Assembly (NCBI GenBank): GCA_002633005.1
Contig: NMRA01000396.1
Location: forward strand, 1 to 64,000
Direction of reading: 5' to 3'
Source: Phoronis australis
Lineage: Eukaryota; Animalia; Phoronida
DNA length: 64,000 nucleotides
Below the pieces are notes generated by a model. The model saw only the letters and a program-made list of their open reading frames with translations. It was not told the DNA's origin and ran no database searches. Shown piece by piece: positions 39,095 through 50,684 of this stretch (within the stretch, counting starts at the first letter, position 1; the number at the start of each line of letters is the position of its first letter). The translations under genes were made by a program, and so were the position numbers.

Positions 39095-39580
39095 GTTACG
39101 ATCCAGATTTGCAGCCAAAGATATTTGGTGTATCGTGGACATGTCTGGGCCTTCACTTATTGGGTGTATGATGTATTCATCGTTATTTGCTCATTGTTGC
39201 GACACGATGTACTGGCATTTTTATCGCATTACGTGTATGTCTTGGTCACGTGTCTGAGGACGATGCTCAGCCGATTCCGTCGATTGAGTTACGGAGACTA
39301 TCCGATCAGGAGTAGCGCTCACAATGATTTACATGTAAAATATGTAAAGGGATACTACTCTGACGTTGGTCACTCATCGGTAGAACGTCGAGACGTGGCA
39401 GCTGACGTCGGACAAAATATGAAGTGGGCCGGCTACCTCCAGGTCAACGGTCGATTATTAGCGGATGTCGAACAACATCATCCGGTCATCTGCCGACTTC
39501 CTGCTTGTGCAAAATAAAGCAATTGACGAAATCACTCTGTTATGTCCAACGGTACAGCTATTTGCTAAATCTGGTGCCGA
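39095..39580 (+). mobile_element. possible solo LTR
   Basis: CpG-rich ~490-bp block with imperfect inverted ends (gttacgatccagattt ... aaatctggtgccgac) and AATAAA about 65 bp before the right end; no clear TSD. Confidence 0.35.
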
Positions 39581-40250
39581 CGCCCTCTAGTCTAGTATCC
39601 ATCTATAGGAGACATAGAAATTCTTGGTAGTATAAGGTTTTTTGATTGTTTTACGTTGATTTGGTTCCCCCTGAAGCATTTTAGCTGGGCTGTAATCCTG
39701 AAAACTTTGAGCATTTATTTAAATATGCAGATTAAGACTGCCAGTATGCAAAATTATAGTTTTGCTCGTAACTTACTAACAAAGTATCATAGTGAGATTA
39801 TATTGATGTTTTTTACCTCTGTTTCAAAAGTCAATGTCTTCAATCTAGCTAGTTTATGCTACCTGTGGGTAAATCGAAAAAAATCGCATAATTAACGCAA
39901 TTTAAGGACACCATTATTCAAATACCTACTTGCGTATATAGCTAGGATAAAAAGCACCACAGGTAAATTGTATTGATATTTTGTTCCATGATTCTGTGGT
40001 CAATTAATTTAATGAAATCAGTGTGCAAGCTGCTGTGTGATAAATTCATGCAAATAACTGCCACCCATATCCAAAATTTTGTTTCTATTCGTGTTTGCCA
40101 TAGGAGGCAGTTCATGTAAATCACCTTGATATTTGCACCCATGTTTTCGTCGTCAAGAAATTTAATGAAATCCGTTTGCTAGACATTACATCATAAATTT
40201 GCATAATTTACAACTGATGTAAATACTTGTTGACACTATTCATTTTAAAT

Positions 40251-40938
40251 GAGTCCCCTAACAGATGCAATTAATGCAGATACAAGGTATGCGTGTGAAT
40301 TAATCACACAATTGCAATTAATTACAAGGTTTCCATAACTCACTCTAGTTTTTCCACAAAGGGCATTGTTCAGCTAATTACTTAATATCATGTCACTAAG
40401 GGGTGGAAACATCGTCTGTGTAAGCGCCTCAAAGTTTCAGTTACGATCATCATGAAATCCAGTCTCGGACCAGCAGCAACAAAATCCCGAGATTTTCATC
40501 CCTAAACTCGACACAGGCACCGAACTTTCTTCTATACACGATGACCAAAGTTCCATGGACCATATTTCAAAGACATGCTTTTATATTCTAGCTGCAAGTT
40601 AGGGATACGACCATGGAACCTATATAGTAGTCTTTGGGAATGGAATTTGGTCATCATGTATGGAGCCTTTTCGGTGCGTGTGTGTAGTTCAGGGGTGCAA
40701 ATCTGCGGATTTGTACCGCGGGTTTGGTGTCGTTGGGTCCGGAATTGATGTTACGGGATCGATCGTAACAGAATGTTTGAGGTTCCATTGTGGAATTGTT
40801 TCCACCCCTTGGTTATGTAAGCGGAAAACCATTGCAGCAGTTAATATAGTTACAATTAGTCAACCAATACAGGCAAGTTGACTTCTGGATTCGACTTAAT
40901 TATATGTAATTCCATTATGTGCTCTGAAAGTGGACCCG
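40251..40938. mobile_element. ~690-bp palindromic (foldback) element
   Basis: Nested inverted matches around a centre near 40600: aaggggtggaaaca/tgtttccacccctt, gttacgatc/gatcgtaac, gcaccgaa/ttcggtgc, gatgaccaaagttccat/atggaatttggtcatc. Confidence 0.8.
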
Positions 40939-41149
40939 ATCAGACATTTAAGAATCTGTTGAAATGAGAACGATACAGTTTGATTTTTGATAACTTTTAT
41001 AGTTATAGGAGAAACCTGAAAATGAAAACTGAGACGCGATTCGTGATCCAAGTAGTCAACGTTTCAGTTTATTGGGGACACAAAAATAATTCATAGTTTA
41101 GGTTGTAGTGGCATTTTCAGGGTCACAGCTCTACAAATAATTATTTCAC

Positions 41150-41415
41150 AAAATGTACCAGATGAGTACCTTAATTACAAGAGATAACACACGCTTTTTG
41201 CGATACCAAATGTCTAATTTAGTGTCGGCTACTAAATGGCACAGGTTAGTATAGTACCAAATGGGTACATAATACCAAATGGGTATTGGCCGATTGCCTA
41301 ACAAGTGGGTCGAGTAAAACGGCAAATTCAGTAATAGGTACCAAGTGGGTACAATCTGCCATATGGGCAAATATCATATGAAGTACCAAGTGGGTACACT
41401 AATCATCCAACTGGG
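41150..41415. repeat. degenerate (taccaaatggg) repeat array, probably one arm of a MITE split by the Ngaro insertion
   Basis: Many accaaatggg/accaagtggg variants; atgggcaaatat (~41364) recurs inverted as atatttgccca (~46190) on the far side of the Ngaro element. Confidence 0.55.
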
Positions 41416-41740
41416 CTATAACAGCCTGGCAAAGCAGATTCCAGACAAGCTGAGTGACCAGACCAGCCGGAGAGATAGAAAGAGATAATGTAAGGAACTT
41501 GATGTTGTGGCTCAATGTGTACAACATGGGCAGGGTTGTTCATGGATGAACAATCCTGTCAAAGGCCACAACCCGCAGGCCGAGGAACTGGTAGTCAAGG
41601 GACAAATAGAAGTGGAAGGGGATGTGGGAAAAATAGGTGCAGGTGAACAATATAACACGATATAATATAACACAATATGTGGTGATACACGCAAACAAAC
41701 TACCATCTAAAAAACACTTACCTAAGCATAACTAAGAGAG

Positions 41741-42329
41741 CTATTGACCATACACTCGGAGTCCACCAGCAGTGAAATGCTCTATGGCACCCTTTATGGA
41801 GTTGAGAAAAATATCATTTCCTAACGGGGACAGGTGGGCTCCATCTGGATAGAACAACAATCTGGCATCCGTCGTAATGTCAGGGTGCATGATGTAGCAA
41901 CCAGAATGAGTGAGAACAGTCTTAGCCGCCAAGGAGATGAATCTGGCCCTGGCGGTGTTCATGATTTCCATGGAACCTCTTTGACATTGTAACCGTGGTG
42001 GTATTGTTGATCAAACAATTGTACTGCGTGAAAATTTGTTTTAGCACTCTAGAAATATCTGCCTTTGAAGAGGTACGTAGATCATGTAATTTGGTGTAAC
42101 CAATGTCGTTGCCAGCGCAGTGCAGGATGATGTACGACGGCTGGTCTTCAAGGCGACTCATCGTCCACAGTTTGGGGATGAGCTGGTTCCAACGGAGTCC
42201 GCTTAAACGTTGCCAAAAGAGATGCCCTGTATCCCCACTTGCTGTAACCCCAAGTTCGTGCCACCGGGGTTTGTCCTGGTATGAACAAATGCCCATTTGA
42301 TGATCAACGATCCCATAATCCATACGGCT
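41741..42329 (-). pseudogene. SGNH/GDSL hydrolase ORF of the Ngaro element
   Basis: Across frameshifts: VWIMGSLIIKWA (block I), SGLRW (block II), ILHCAGNDIG (block III), LFYPDGAHLSPLGNDIFL (block V DxxH). Confidence 0.85.
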
Positions 42330-42399
42330 CTGAAAGACTTAGACCGTCTTTCAGAACCAGTCCAAATTGTGGACTAATAGTTTTCAGAATTAATACGAA

Positions 42400-43260
42400 C
42401 ATTCGTTTTATATGCGTATGACTGTGTAGACCATCTGCCTGCGTGTCTGATTCATCCCAGTGTCCATCCAGCTGTGCTTGTCGCTGTGGCAGCACCGACT
42501 CAGAATGAATGTGACCAGTACAGTGTATCTGCCGTGTTCCACGTACATGTACAGTTTCTTCATTGCCAACTGGAGGGTAGCGCTAAACTGTTAGCAAATA
42601 AGGGGTTTTCCTCCAAAATGACAAAGTGACTGGTGGACTCGTGGTGGTCTGAGTTTGCGAAATTTGAGTATCTTGTCCACCGGGCAAATGAGTGTTTGGT
42701 GGGTTAAGGGATGTACAACTAGTGTCGATGTTTTCCCACGCTGGTCGATCTTGGATGATGTGATTTTAATGAAGGCCATGATGTTGGCAAAGGTGACGTC
42801 GTCCGCTTAAACACTTCCGTTGTTTGGGGCAAATAACTCTGATATTCGGAAAAAAACAAAGAACGCCAAAAGGTACGCTGTCTTGAAAAGCTGCGTCTCG
42901 TATGTAGAGCAGTTAGATGCAGGCTGTGAACCAACTGGTATAGTATCTTCGGAGTAATTGGTAGTCGTGTGTCACAAGTTTTCGCACGACGTCGTTGGCC
43001 CTCCAGTGTCTTGGACACGATCAATATGTGGGCAACGTGTGGGTAACCACCCACCTTGCATTTAAAGTATACTACCGCGAAGTATGATTCAACGATACGA
43101 GCCGCACAACAACGGAGATACATGTACGAAACATAGGTAACTAGATGGTCAATTCGAGGGCACCAGCAAAGTGACAGGTTATTCTGTTGACTATACGACT
43201 CAAATGACTGGATACCTTGGTCATACACTTTATGGGTGTTGTTGGAGATGGATGTCTGGA
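42400..43260 (-). pseudogene. tyrosine recombinase ORF of the Ngaro element
   Basis: SNNTHKVYDQG..., DTRLPITPKIL, FFRISEL, SSKIDQRGK, LICPV, remnant YTGH..R and GRWS..AYK motifs. Confidence 0.85.
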
Positions 43261-43279
43261 TTAGTCTAGCTGCCTGATC

Positions 43280-44840
43280 GTGGAGATCAGTTGCTGAAAT
43301 TGGTGGGGTATTGGTTCTGGCGATGCGTTTGTCTCTGGTGCCAACGAGCGAAATCTTCCCACCTGTTTGCGGGAGATAGCATCGGCAACACGATCATCAA
43401 CACGTCACACGGCTCTTAAGGCAACGTTATGACGTAGGGCCTAATGAGTTGTATGACAGTCTTAGATTTAGATGACTTACGGTTGATGACGTGGACCAAG
43501 GCTTCATTGTCTATCTATGAGATGATTTTCGTATTGGAAAAGGAAGTGCCCCAGATACAAAATGCTAATACTACAGAAACCACTTCTAAGAATGTCATGT
43601 CCACCATGAAGGCAGGGCAGTCGATTGGCCACGAGTAGAATGCCCACTGCTTGTTGAAGATGGCCCCAGCTCCTAAGTTCAATGTGCCTGCGTTGTCAGT
43701 GTAGAGAGAGAGAACGTCGTTTGTGGTTCATTCCGACTCGGGGAAGATTGTGACCCCATTGAATGAATCCAGAAACAACAACTTATAGCAGGATGTTATC
43801 CTTCATGTCATTAGACACCGATATGTGATGATGGGGTTTACGGGCCATGGACAGAGCATCATAGAATCTCCGAATGAAGGCTCGCGCGACTGGAACGGTC
43901 TTAGAGAAGAATCAGCATTAAAGTCTAAGATTCCAGCTCATGTCGTTTTATTCGTTTTTTGTGGACTGAGGCTGATAATGTGGCGCGGATTTGAGTGAGT
44001 TTCTTATCTGGTATTCTTATTTGCTGTTGAACAGTGTCAGAGTCCAGACCTAAGAATGTGAGCTCTGCTGAAGGACCAGCTATTTTATCTGTGGCAATGG
44101 GTTCACCGATTTCATAGCAGAGGGATGTGATGTGGGCCTTTAGTGTCTTGCAAGTGTCTGTGCCAGACAGCCCAAAAATATAAAGTCGTGAAGGTAGTGG
44201 TCCAATATTTTGTGTCCCGATCAAGTCTCGACGGCCCAGTGTAATGCTGTAGAGAATGTCTCGAAGAGGTAAGGTGATAAAGAGGCGCCAAATGGGAGGC
44301 ACTTGTCGATAAAGTAGTGCCCCTAGTTATGGTACCCTAAAAATCGGAAGGCTGACTTAATTTCCATTTTTGCTAGCTGGGCACACAGGCCAGCATGGCG
44401 GACCATATCTATAACTTATCAAAGCTTGTGTATTGCACGGTGCAGTAGTTTGGATTTATTCCGTCGTTGACACTGTCCCCTTTTGGATAAGAGAGATGGG
44501 AGATCATGCAAAAATCCCCTTCTGGTTCGGAGATCAGATCCAGCGGCGAGGTTCGAAGGTTATAGATGGAGCGTTTAGGAAAGGGCCTGCCATGCGGCCA
44601 AGGTCACATTCTTTAATGAGTGTGTCCCACAGCTGCTGGGGTTGGCAAGTTGCTAATAACAGGTTTCTTGCTGTGATGAGGCTTCTTCTGCCCGTGTACT
44701 GTAACCTAAAGCCATTTTGAACAAGGACTGAAGCACAGTTGGGGCCCGGGTACCCATGTAGAATGCGTTTGAATGCCAGCGGTTTGACATACGTTTGACC
44801 CAGGCTACAGATGTACTCGTGGTTTGGGTACATGGTCGAT
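43280..44840 (-). pseudogene. reverse transcriptase / RNase H ORF of the Ngaro element
   Basis: NGFRLQYTG, IKECDLGRMAGPF, HLSYPKGDSVNDGI, KMEIKSAFR, DKCLPFG, DKIAGPSAELTFLGL; RNase H LYTDNAG..GAGAIF..WAFYSWP, DNEALVHVINRKSSK, ADAISR. Confidence 0.9.
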
Positions 44841-44927
44841 ACTAGAGTTTCATAACACTAGAATAACTTGGTAGTATTCTACAATTCTAACGGGAGGGGA
44901 GGAATGAGTAAAGTAGGAGGGTTTGGG

Positions 44928-45767
44928 TTACAATGGCTTAGGCCTAAGGGGGGGGGGGGGATTTATGGTCAGGGAGGGTTGGGTTACGGAGGCAGATTGG
45001 GAATTGGTTGGCTGTACCATGGGAGGGCACTGGCCAGGATTTTTGGGTAGCCTGTAACATGTGATATTTCGGTGTGAGTCACCGCAGGTCATGCAGGTAT
45101 GCTTGTATCTGTACTGCCATGTAGTGCAATGTTCCTTGTAGTTGAAGGCAAAGCAGAGACTGGTAGGTGGCTGAGATACGGTGTCAATAGTGGAGCCAGT
45201 CATACATAGCAACCACAACTCCGGATCTAACTTTAACCATTGTGTGGCCGGGTCGCGAGCTTGTTCATCGTAAGGTATCCAACCTGTCCTGGTGCGCCGT
45301 GCCCCAAGTCGGATGTCATGTATGTACTTAAGTAGCTCCGGACCTCGGTGGGTGTGAGCTTCGATAAATATGGACGCAAATAAAAGAAAGGCATCAGTCC
45401 ATTTCTCAATGGGTGTTACTTTGTGTTTGGCTGGTTGTTGTAAAACGAAGCGGCTGTTAAAGTCCACCACTTGCTGTGGCGATGTGATGGTTGAGGTTGG
45501 GAGGAGGGTGCTAAGATCAACGTATTCGCCGTCATGATTTTTTTGTGTGGGAATTTGTGGACGTGCCTCATAATGTAGTAGAGTTACCTGAGAGGCTAAG
45601 TGACCTGATTGTTATTGAGTGGCTGTCAGTGCAGACGTAAATGCTTGGTCGCCCAGGCTGGTCGGGGCCTGGTCTAACAGCACCCTCTCTGTTATCGCTG
45701 ACCTAGTCCTGCTACTTTTAGTGGTGGGCCGGCCTGATTTTGTTGTCTTGCCTATGGCCTTTGCCAT
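44928..45767 (-). pseudogene. Gag-like ORF of the Ngaro element
   Basis: ATG at 45767; GEYVDLSTLL, IEKWTDAFLLFASI, ELLKYIHDIR, GWIPYDEQ, DPELW and a C-terminal Cys/His finger CFAFN..C....YKHTCMTCGDSH...C. Confidence 0.85.
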
Positions 45768-46499
45768 GTTGTAACTTGAATAAGAAAATATGAAAAGAGT
45801 GGAAAAAGAATCAAATTACGGCAACCTCTCTGTTTAGGTAGATGTTGGTGCCTGGTTGGAGGAAGTAGGGAACGCGTGATTTGGAAGTGGTTGTTCGGAA
45901 GCAGGGTCATGTGAGTAGGCGTCACAGAAATTATCTAGGGGGTGAGTTTGGGTTTGAGAGATATTAGAATCAAAAGAATTCGGCTACAAGTAAATTAAAT
46001 TTTGTCCAGGACGAGGGAAGGAGTCTAATAGGTATAAAATTGTGTAATTAGTAAAAACTTACGAGTGAATGTACTGTAGATTGAGGCTGGGCAAACCGGA
46101 AGCTGGAGAGAGAGAACACCCATCGCTACCATCGGACTAGATGGGTACTAACTAGAAGTTGAATATGGAGCTTGAAGGGGTGTAGGGTAATATTTGCCCA
46201 AATAATAGGATTTATGCCAGAGTGCCACAATGCACGAGTACTCCTGGTGAGCGACCAGACACTAACTCTAAACCACATGACCCAACATCTCTGTTGAGTG
46301 AGCTCTCAGTATGTGTCTGTTTAATGTGAATAGATTCCCAAATACTTCGGCTGAACTCTCTTGGGTCTTCTTCTAGTATCTCTATCACAAAAATGCCAAA
46401 CTGATGATGCGTACGTTAACACTGAGTAAGTAAACTGTGTACCGTTGGGCTCTTTAGCATGCTCACGGTACGGAAACCATGTACCTGAGTAGACAAAAC

Positions 46500-48780
46500 A
46501 CCCCACAAACACCACGGCACCTTGCAAACTTGATGGCACCCCACAATCACCAAAACACCCCTACAAACTCCCTGAAACACCCTCACAAATCCACAACTCA
46601 CCAGAGGCCGTAACAGCTCCCACAGTCACGACGGATAGTTATCAAACCCCACCGAACCCCGCATTCCACGACCCCACGACCCACTCTTCACAAACTCGAC
46701 TCGACCTGAACATAGAACAAGCGCTGACTTGCAGGACCACCTAGTCGGCATATGATCTCGTCTGGTATTTTTCTGTTTTTTGGTGCAATTTAAGGAGAAT
46801 GCCACCCGATTTATTTCGTATTTTAACCTTCTTAATTGGTCTATTTGCACACCACCTCGTATACGGTGGAACTCACCTCTCCGAGAGGTTTCACGTTAAC
46901 ATGTGAGGAAGGTGAATACACGACGCAGCTGAGTGTGTGCCGCTAAAGTGTGTCGTATTGTTCCCTCTTTGTGGTGAACCATGAAAATGCGAGGAAAGCA
47001 AAACATGGGAAAAAACAACCTGACCAAATCAAATCAAAGACCTAGCAACGTTGCAAATGTCGTTCCCGGCAGAGTGTAATCTTCTCGTCTGCTCTTCAGT
47101 GCATGGCTGATTCAAGCTTTTTGGGAGTGTGAAAGGAACCGACAAATATATAGTTTTTTCAGTAAACACAATTTGAAAAAACAAACTGTTAACTATAAAA
47201 GTATCTCAACATTATATGGAGTATACTGTAAACGAGTACACCATAGAAAGCACATGTAAGAAATATGCGCCTTCACATTAACGTACTCTCAACCTAAATT
47301 TAGTGGAGCAGGACCATTGGTAACCGCTCGTGAAACTATTTCTCTGACAATAGCACGCTTACAATCGTCTTTTTCTGATCAAATTCTCACGCTACTTCGT
47401 GTTTTTACCACGAGACTTGAGCCAGAGCAGATTCGAGTGAAGGTATGTCTTATAGGAAAGGCATTCAGCGACGTGATATGATTATGAAATGTGTAAAAAG
47501 CGCAAAGATACATATGTTGCCACTGGTCGTTGGTCGAGAGGGTTGTGGGTCGAGAGGGTCGTGGGGGTCGTGAAGTGTGGAGGTCGAGGAGGTCAAGGTT
47601 TTTTTTGTACAATTGCAGTCACAACACCCCCAGAAACCACAACACAACGGAATAGGCGTCACCTGTTCGAATCATTCGTCTGGAGTAGAGGAGAAATAGA
47701 ATTTTTTCACTTCACCTCAGGCAACATAAATATGCACAATGCGGACAGTAGAATGACAGATTAATAATGTGCCTGTTAATATACACTAGAAAGTCAAGTG
47801 CAATACGGGTACACGAGGACATTACTGGCCGTGTGCAAAATAAATTGATTGACACAAGTCATGTCCGACTGTGCTGTCGACTAAAAATTAATTCTCAACC
47901 AACAGTTGAAACGATAATTTGCGCAATGTAGCAGTGCCAGAGTTGGCTAACTCAGTAAGTAAAACCAGGATATGTAGTGTTCGTATGCGAAATGGCACGA
48001 GAGAACTACTGTGCCAACGAGCATTGAAAATGTGAAAAAATCTCGGCAAAGTATATGCTGATACGGTGCAGAGGACCGAGATGGTGAAAAAATAGATATC
48101 CATAGGACCCGCCTGCATGGTCCCAGATGACACCTAGCAATGCAGTTCCCATGTGACACTCACCCTACTTATAGACTAGAGTAAAGTCGGTGAAAGCCAG
48201 AAGAACTTATTCTCCTAGCCNCTGGACACTGCTGTAATTACGTGTATACGTTCATTTTATTCTTTGTAAGCTGCTTGTAAATATCCTTGCTCGTAATACC
48301 TCTTTCACTTATACAGATACTATTCACAATGTATGACACTATGCAAATATCTAATAGTATGATTTAGTCCTTGTAGTATTTAAATGTACCTCTTGCTTCG
48401 CTTAGACTAGACATGGGCTAATGTTCACTGTTCGTGTTGATAAAATTTACGTTAAACCAAAGATGGTAATGCCTACGCCACGCCCTCATGCATTTAATTA
48501 TTTCTCACGAGATCCTCGTAATGACGCCTGTTGAGATGGAAGTTAACGTCAACGACATCTATAACCTTTGTGTTGTGGATTTCATAGTGCCTTCTGTAGT
48601 GTTTGTGTGGTCACAATGTGGGAAAATGTAAGATACAATCGAAGTGATGTGTGAATTCCGGGGTGTTGTGGAGATTGTGGCGGATGTCGTAGAGTTTTAG
48701 AGCGTTATAGTGACATTGGAGTTTTAGTGAAACTTAGTAGAGTGTTGTGAAGTTTGTAGGTTGTTGTGGTGTTTGTTGGC
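46500..48780. mobile_element. ~2.3-kb foldback-like element with repetitive CA-rich inverted arms
   Basis: Left caaacaccacggcaccttgcaaactt versus reverse complement of the right end caaacaccacaacaacctacaaactt; ccacaacacaa and aggcgtca also mirrored. Interrupted by MITE copy 3. Confidence 0.55.
46633..47616 (+). mobile_element. foldback-like MITE family (9-bp TSD), copy 3, with ~170-bp internal insertion
   Basis: Aligns with 31678-32465; TSD agtcacgac/agtcacaac (8/9); extra sequence at about 46829-46999. Confidence 0.85.
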
Positions 48781-49249
48781 ATATATACTCTTCCATATTG
48801 TTGACTTTAAGTTGCAAGATCCTAGTGGTCATGCCCATTGTAACAACTGATTTACATTTAAGTCTAGACAACATGTGACTTTTCAACAGATATAAAGAGT
48901 AAAATCTTTAAATTGCTGTCCAGTTAAACATTTTATAACATTTTCCAATAGGTACTTTTCTATTAAGATGGAAATGTCGATTGATAATAAATATGCATAA
49001 AAATTATTCAACAACTGACGTGTCCAGTTATTGCCCCATTATTCTACTCTATTCCCTCTGAAACCTTCGTGAAAATTGTAATTTCTTGTATATATGATCA
49101 CTTAAATACTCACAATTTACTGTATTCTGCTCAAATTGGGTTTCTGTCAGGCAAAGGCACCCACCGTATTTCATTCGACCAATGTTAATCACGGTCTCTG
49201 TAGTAGTCGACATGAGTAAAAAAAACCTTTTAGCAATTTGAACTTGATC

Positions 49250-49515
49250 TGTATTGCCTTAACTCCTTCACAGCAATGGCTGTTGTCTGTTGTCTAAACA
49301 CCTTCACAACAATAGGTTTAGAAGCGTCTCAGCCTTAAAAAAACTCTAACTTGGTCAAACTTAATTATTTTGTCAAACAACAGTCTGATCACATTCTCTG
49401 TTAGATCACATTAAAAAAACCTTCAGATGGCAGTACAGTAAGTCACTTGCAAAAATCGTCACAAGGTGGCAGCTTGTTGCGGTATAATAACTTAAGTGGC
49501 AGAAAGGCCTCTACA
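49250..49515 (-). repeat. 3' LTR of the BEL/Pao element
   Basis: tgtattg...ggcctctaca, direct repeat of 54022-54281; adjacent cccaccatc is a degenerate PPT on the minus strand. Similarity may extend about 20 bp further left. Confidence 0.85.
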
Positions 49516-50684
49516 CCCACCATCTTAAAAACAATTTTGAAACGTTTAACTGATAGCATCACTAAATTATGTCGGTCTAAATAACTGACGTCAGCACAGC
49601 ACTCCACCTGCACACAACGCACTTAGATACATGCACAGGTCTTTCAAGCTCCAAAACCTGTAAACAAAACCGTCGCTGCCTGGGTATGTTTCAACGACAC
49701 GAGCCAAGTTACTTATAGCAGCAGTTTCGTCGACCAGTATGGCAACATTACTGACTTGCAGATTTCTCTGCGGCCCCAACCATTTTTGACGAACTTTTTC
49801 AAAAGTTAAGTAAATACTCTCTACATCTTCTCTTCCAAAACTGATCACAAACTGATCTTGCAGTAGAATCCGGAACATTTTCCTCACATTAGGAACGCAC
49901 CTTCCCCACATGCCTCCCAAAGAGATCCAGTCAGCAAATTAAATATCCAACCGCATCATCCTATTCCTTTGGCACCAAAGGACTGATTTCACCTGTCTTG
50001 CCTGCGATTAGGCTTATGAATCTCTTCACCCAGGAAATCACTATCTTAGCCTTTGTCCACCACGAGCAGCACTGAATAACCGCAAGAACCGGATGAGATT
50101 CTGCAACTTTGTGTGAAAACACCTCGGTTGCTGTCTTTACTTCGGGATCGTCTTCAGAGTGTCTAATCCCAGTGACTTGGTTGCATGGCCACTGGTCAGC
50201 TAGTTTTATCAAGAAATCGGGTCCTGTCAACCACCTGCTGTTGGACAGCAGTCTGTCAGCTGACAAACCTCTCGAGGCTTCGTCTCCGGGCTTAATCTTG
50301 CCTTCTATGTGCTTCCATTGTAAGACAGTTGTTCCTTGATGGATGACTGCAAGTCGATTAGTGACAAATATCTTGAAACTTTTGTCTGTGCTACGTATGT
50401 ACTTTACGACAGCCTCTCTATCGGTCCAAAACATCGACTCTTCAGTTACGTCCATCTCCCTTTGTATTGTTGCACCAATTCTAACTGCTAAGGAAGCTGC
50501 TAACAATTCGACTCGAGGTATTGTCAGGGTCTTCAAAGGATCCACGCGAGTCTTCGCAACGATGAGGCCGACTGTCTGTGTCTTCTACACGGGGACAAGA
50601 CGCCACACCGTAACCTTTTTCGGCTGCGTCCAAAAAATGATGCATTTGTGAGGACGGAACATTGTCGAAGACAGAGGATTGGAA

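Larger units (their letters stand above)
41420..46120 (-). mobile_element. Ngaro-type (DIRS order) tyrosine-recombinase retrotransposon, degraded
   Basis: Gag - RT/RNase H - YR - SGNH order on the minus strand; many stops and frameshifts; ends approximate. Confidence 0.9.

Noticed and set aside
39125-39517. 130-aa ORF
   Set aside because: TTG start, no motif, and lies within an LTR-like non-coding block.
41741-43260. Bacterial/phage integrase plus esterase (contamination or HGT)
   Set aside because: Collinear with Ngaro gag and RT/RNase H and equally decayed; explained by a YR retrotransposon.
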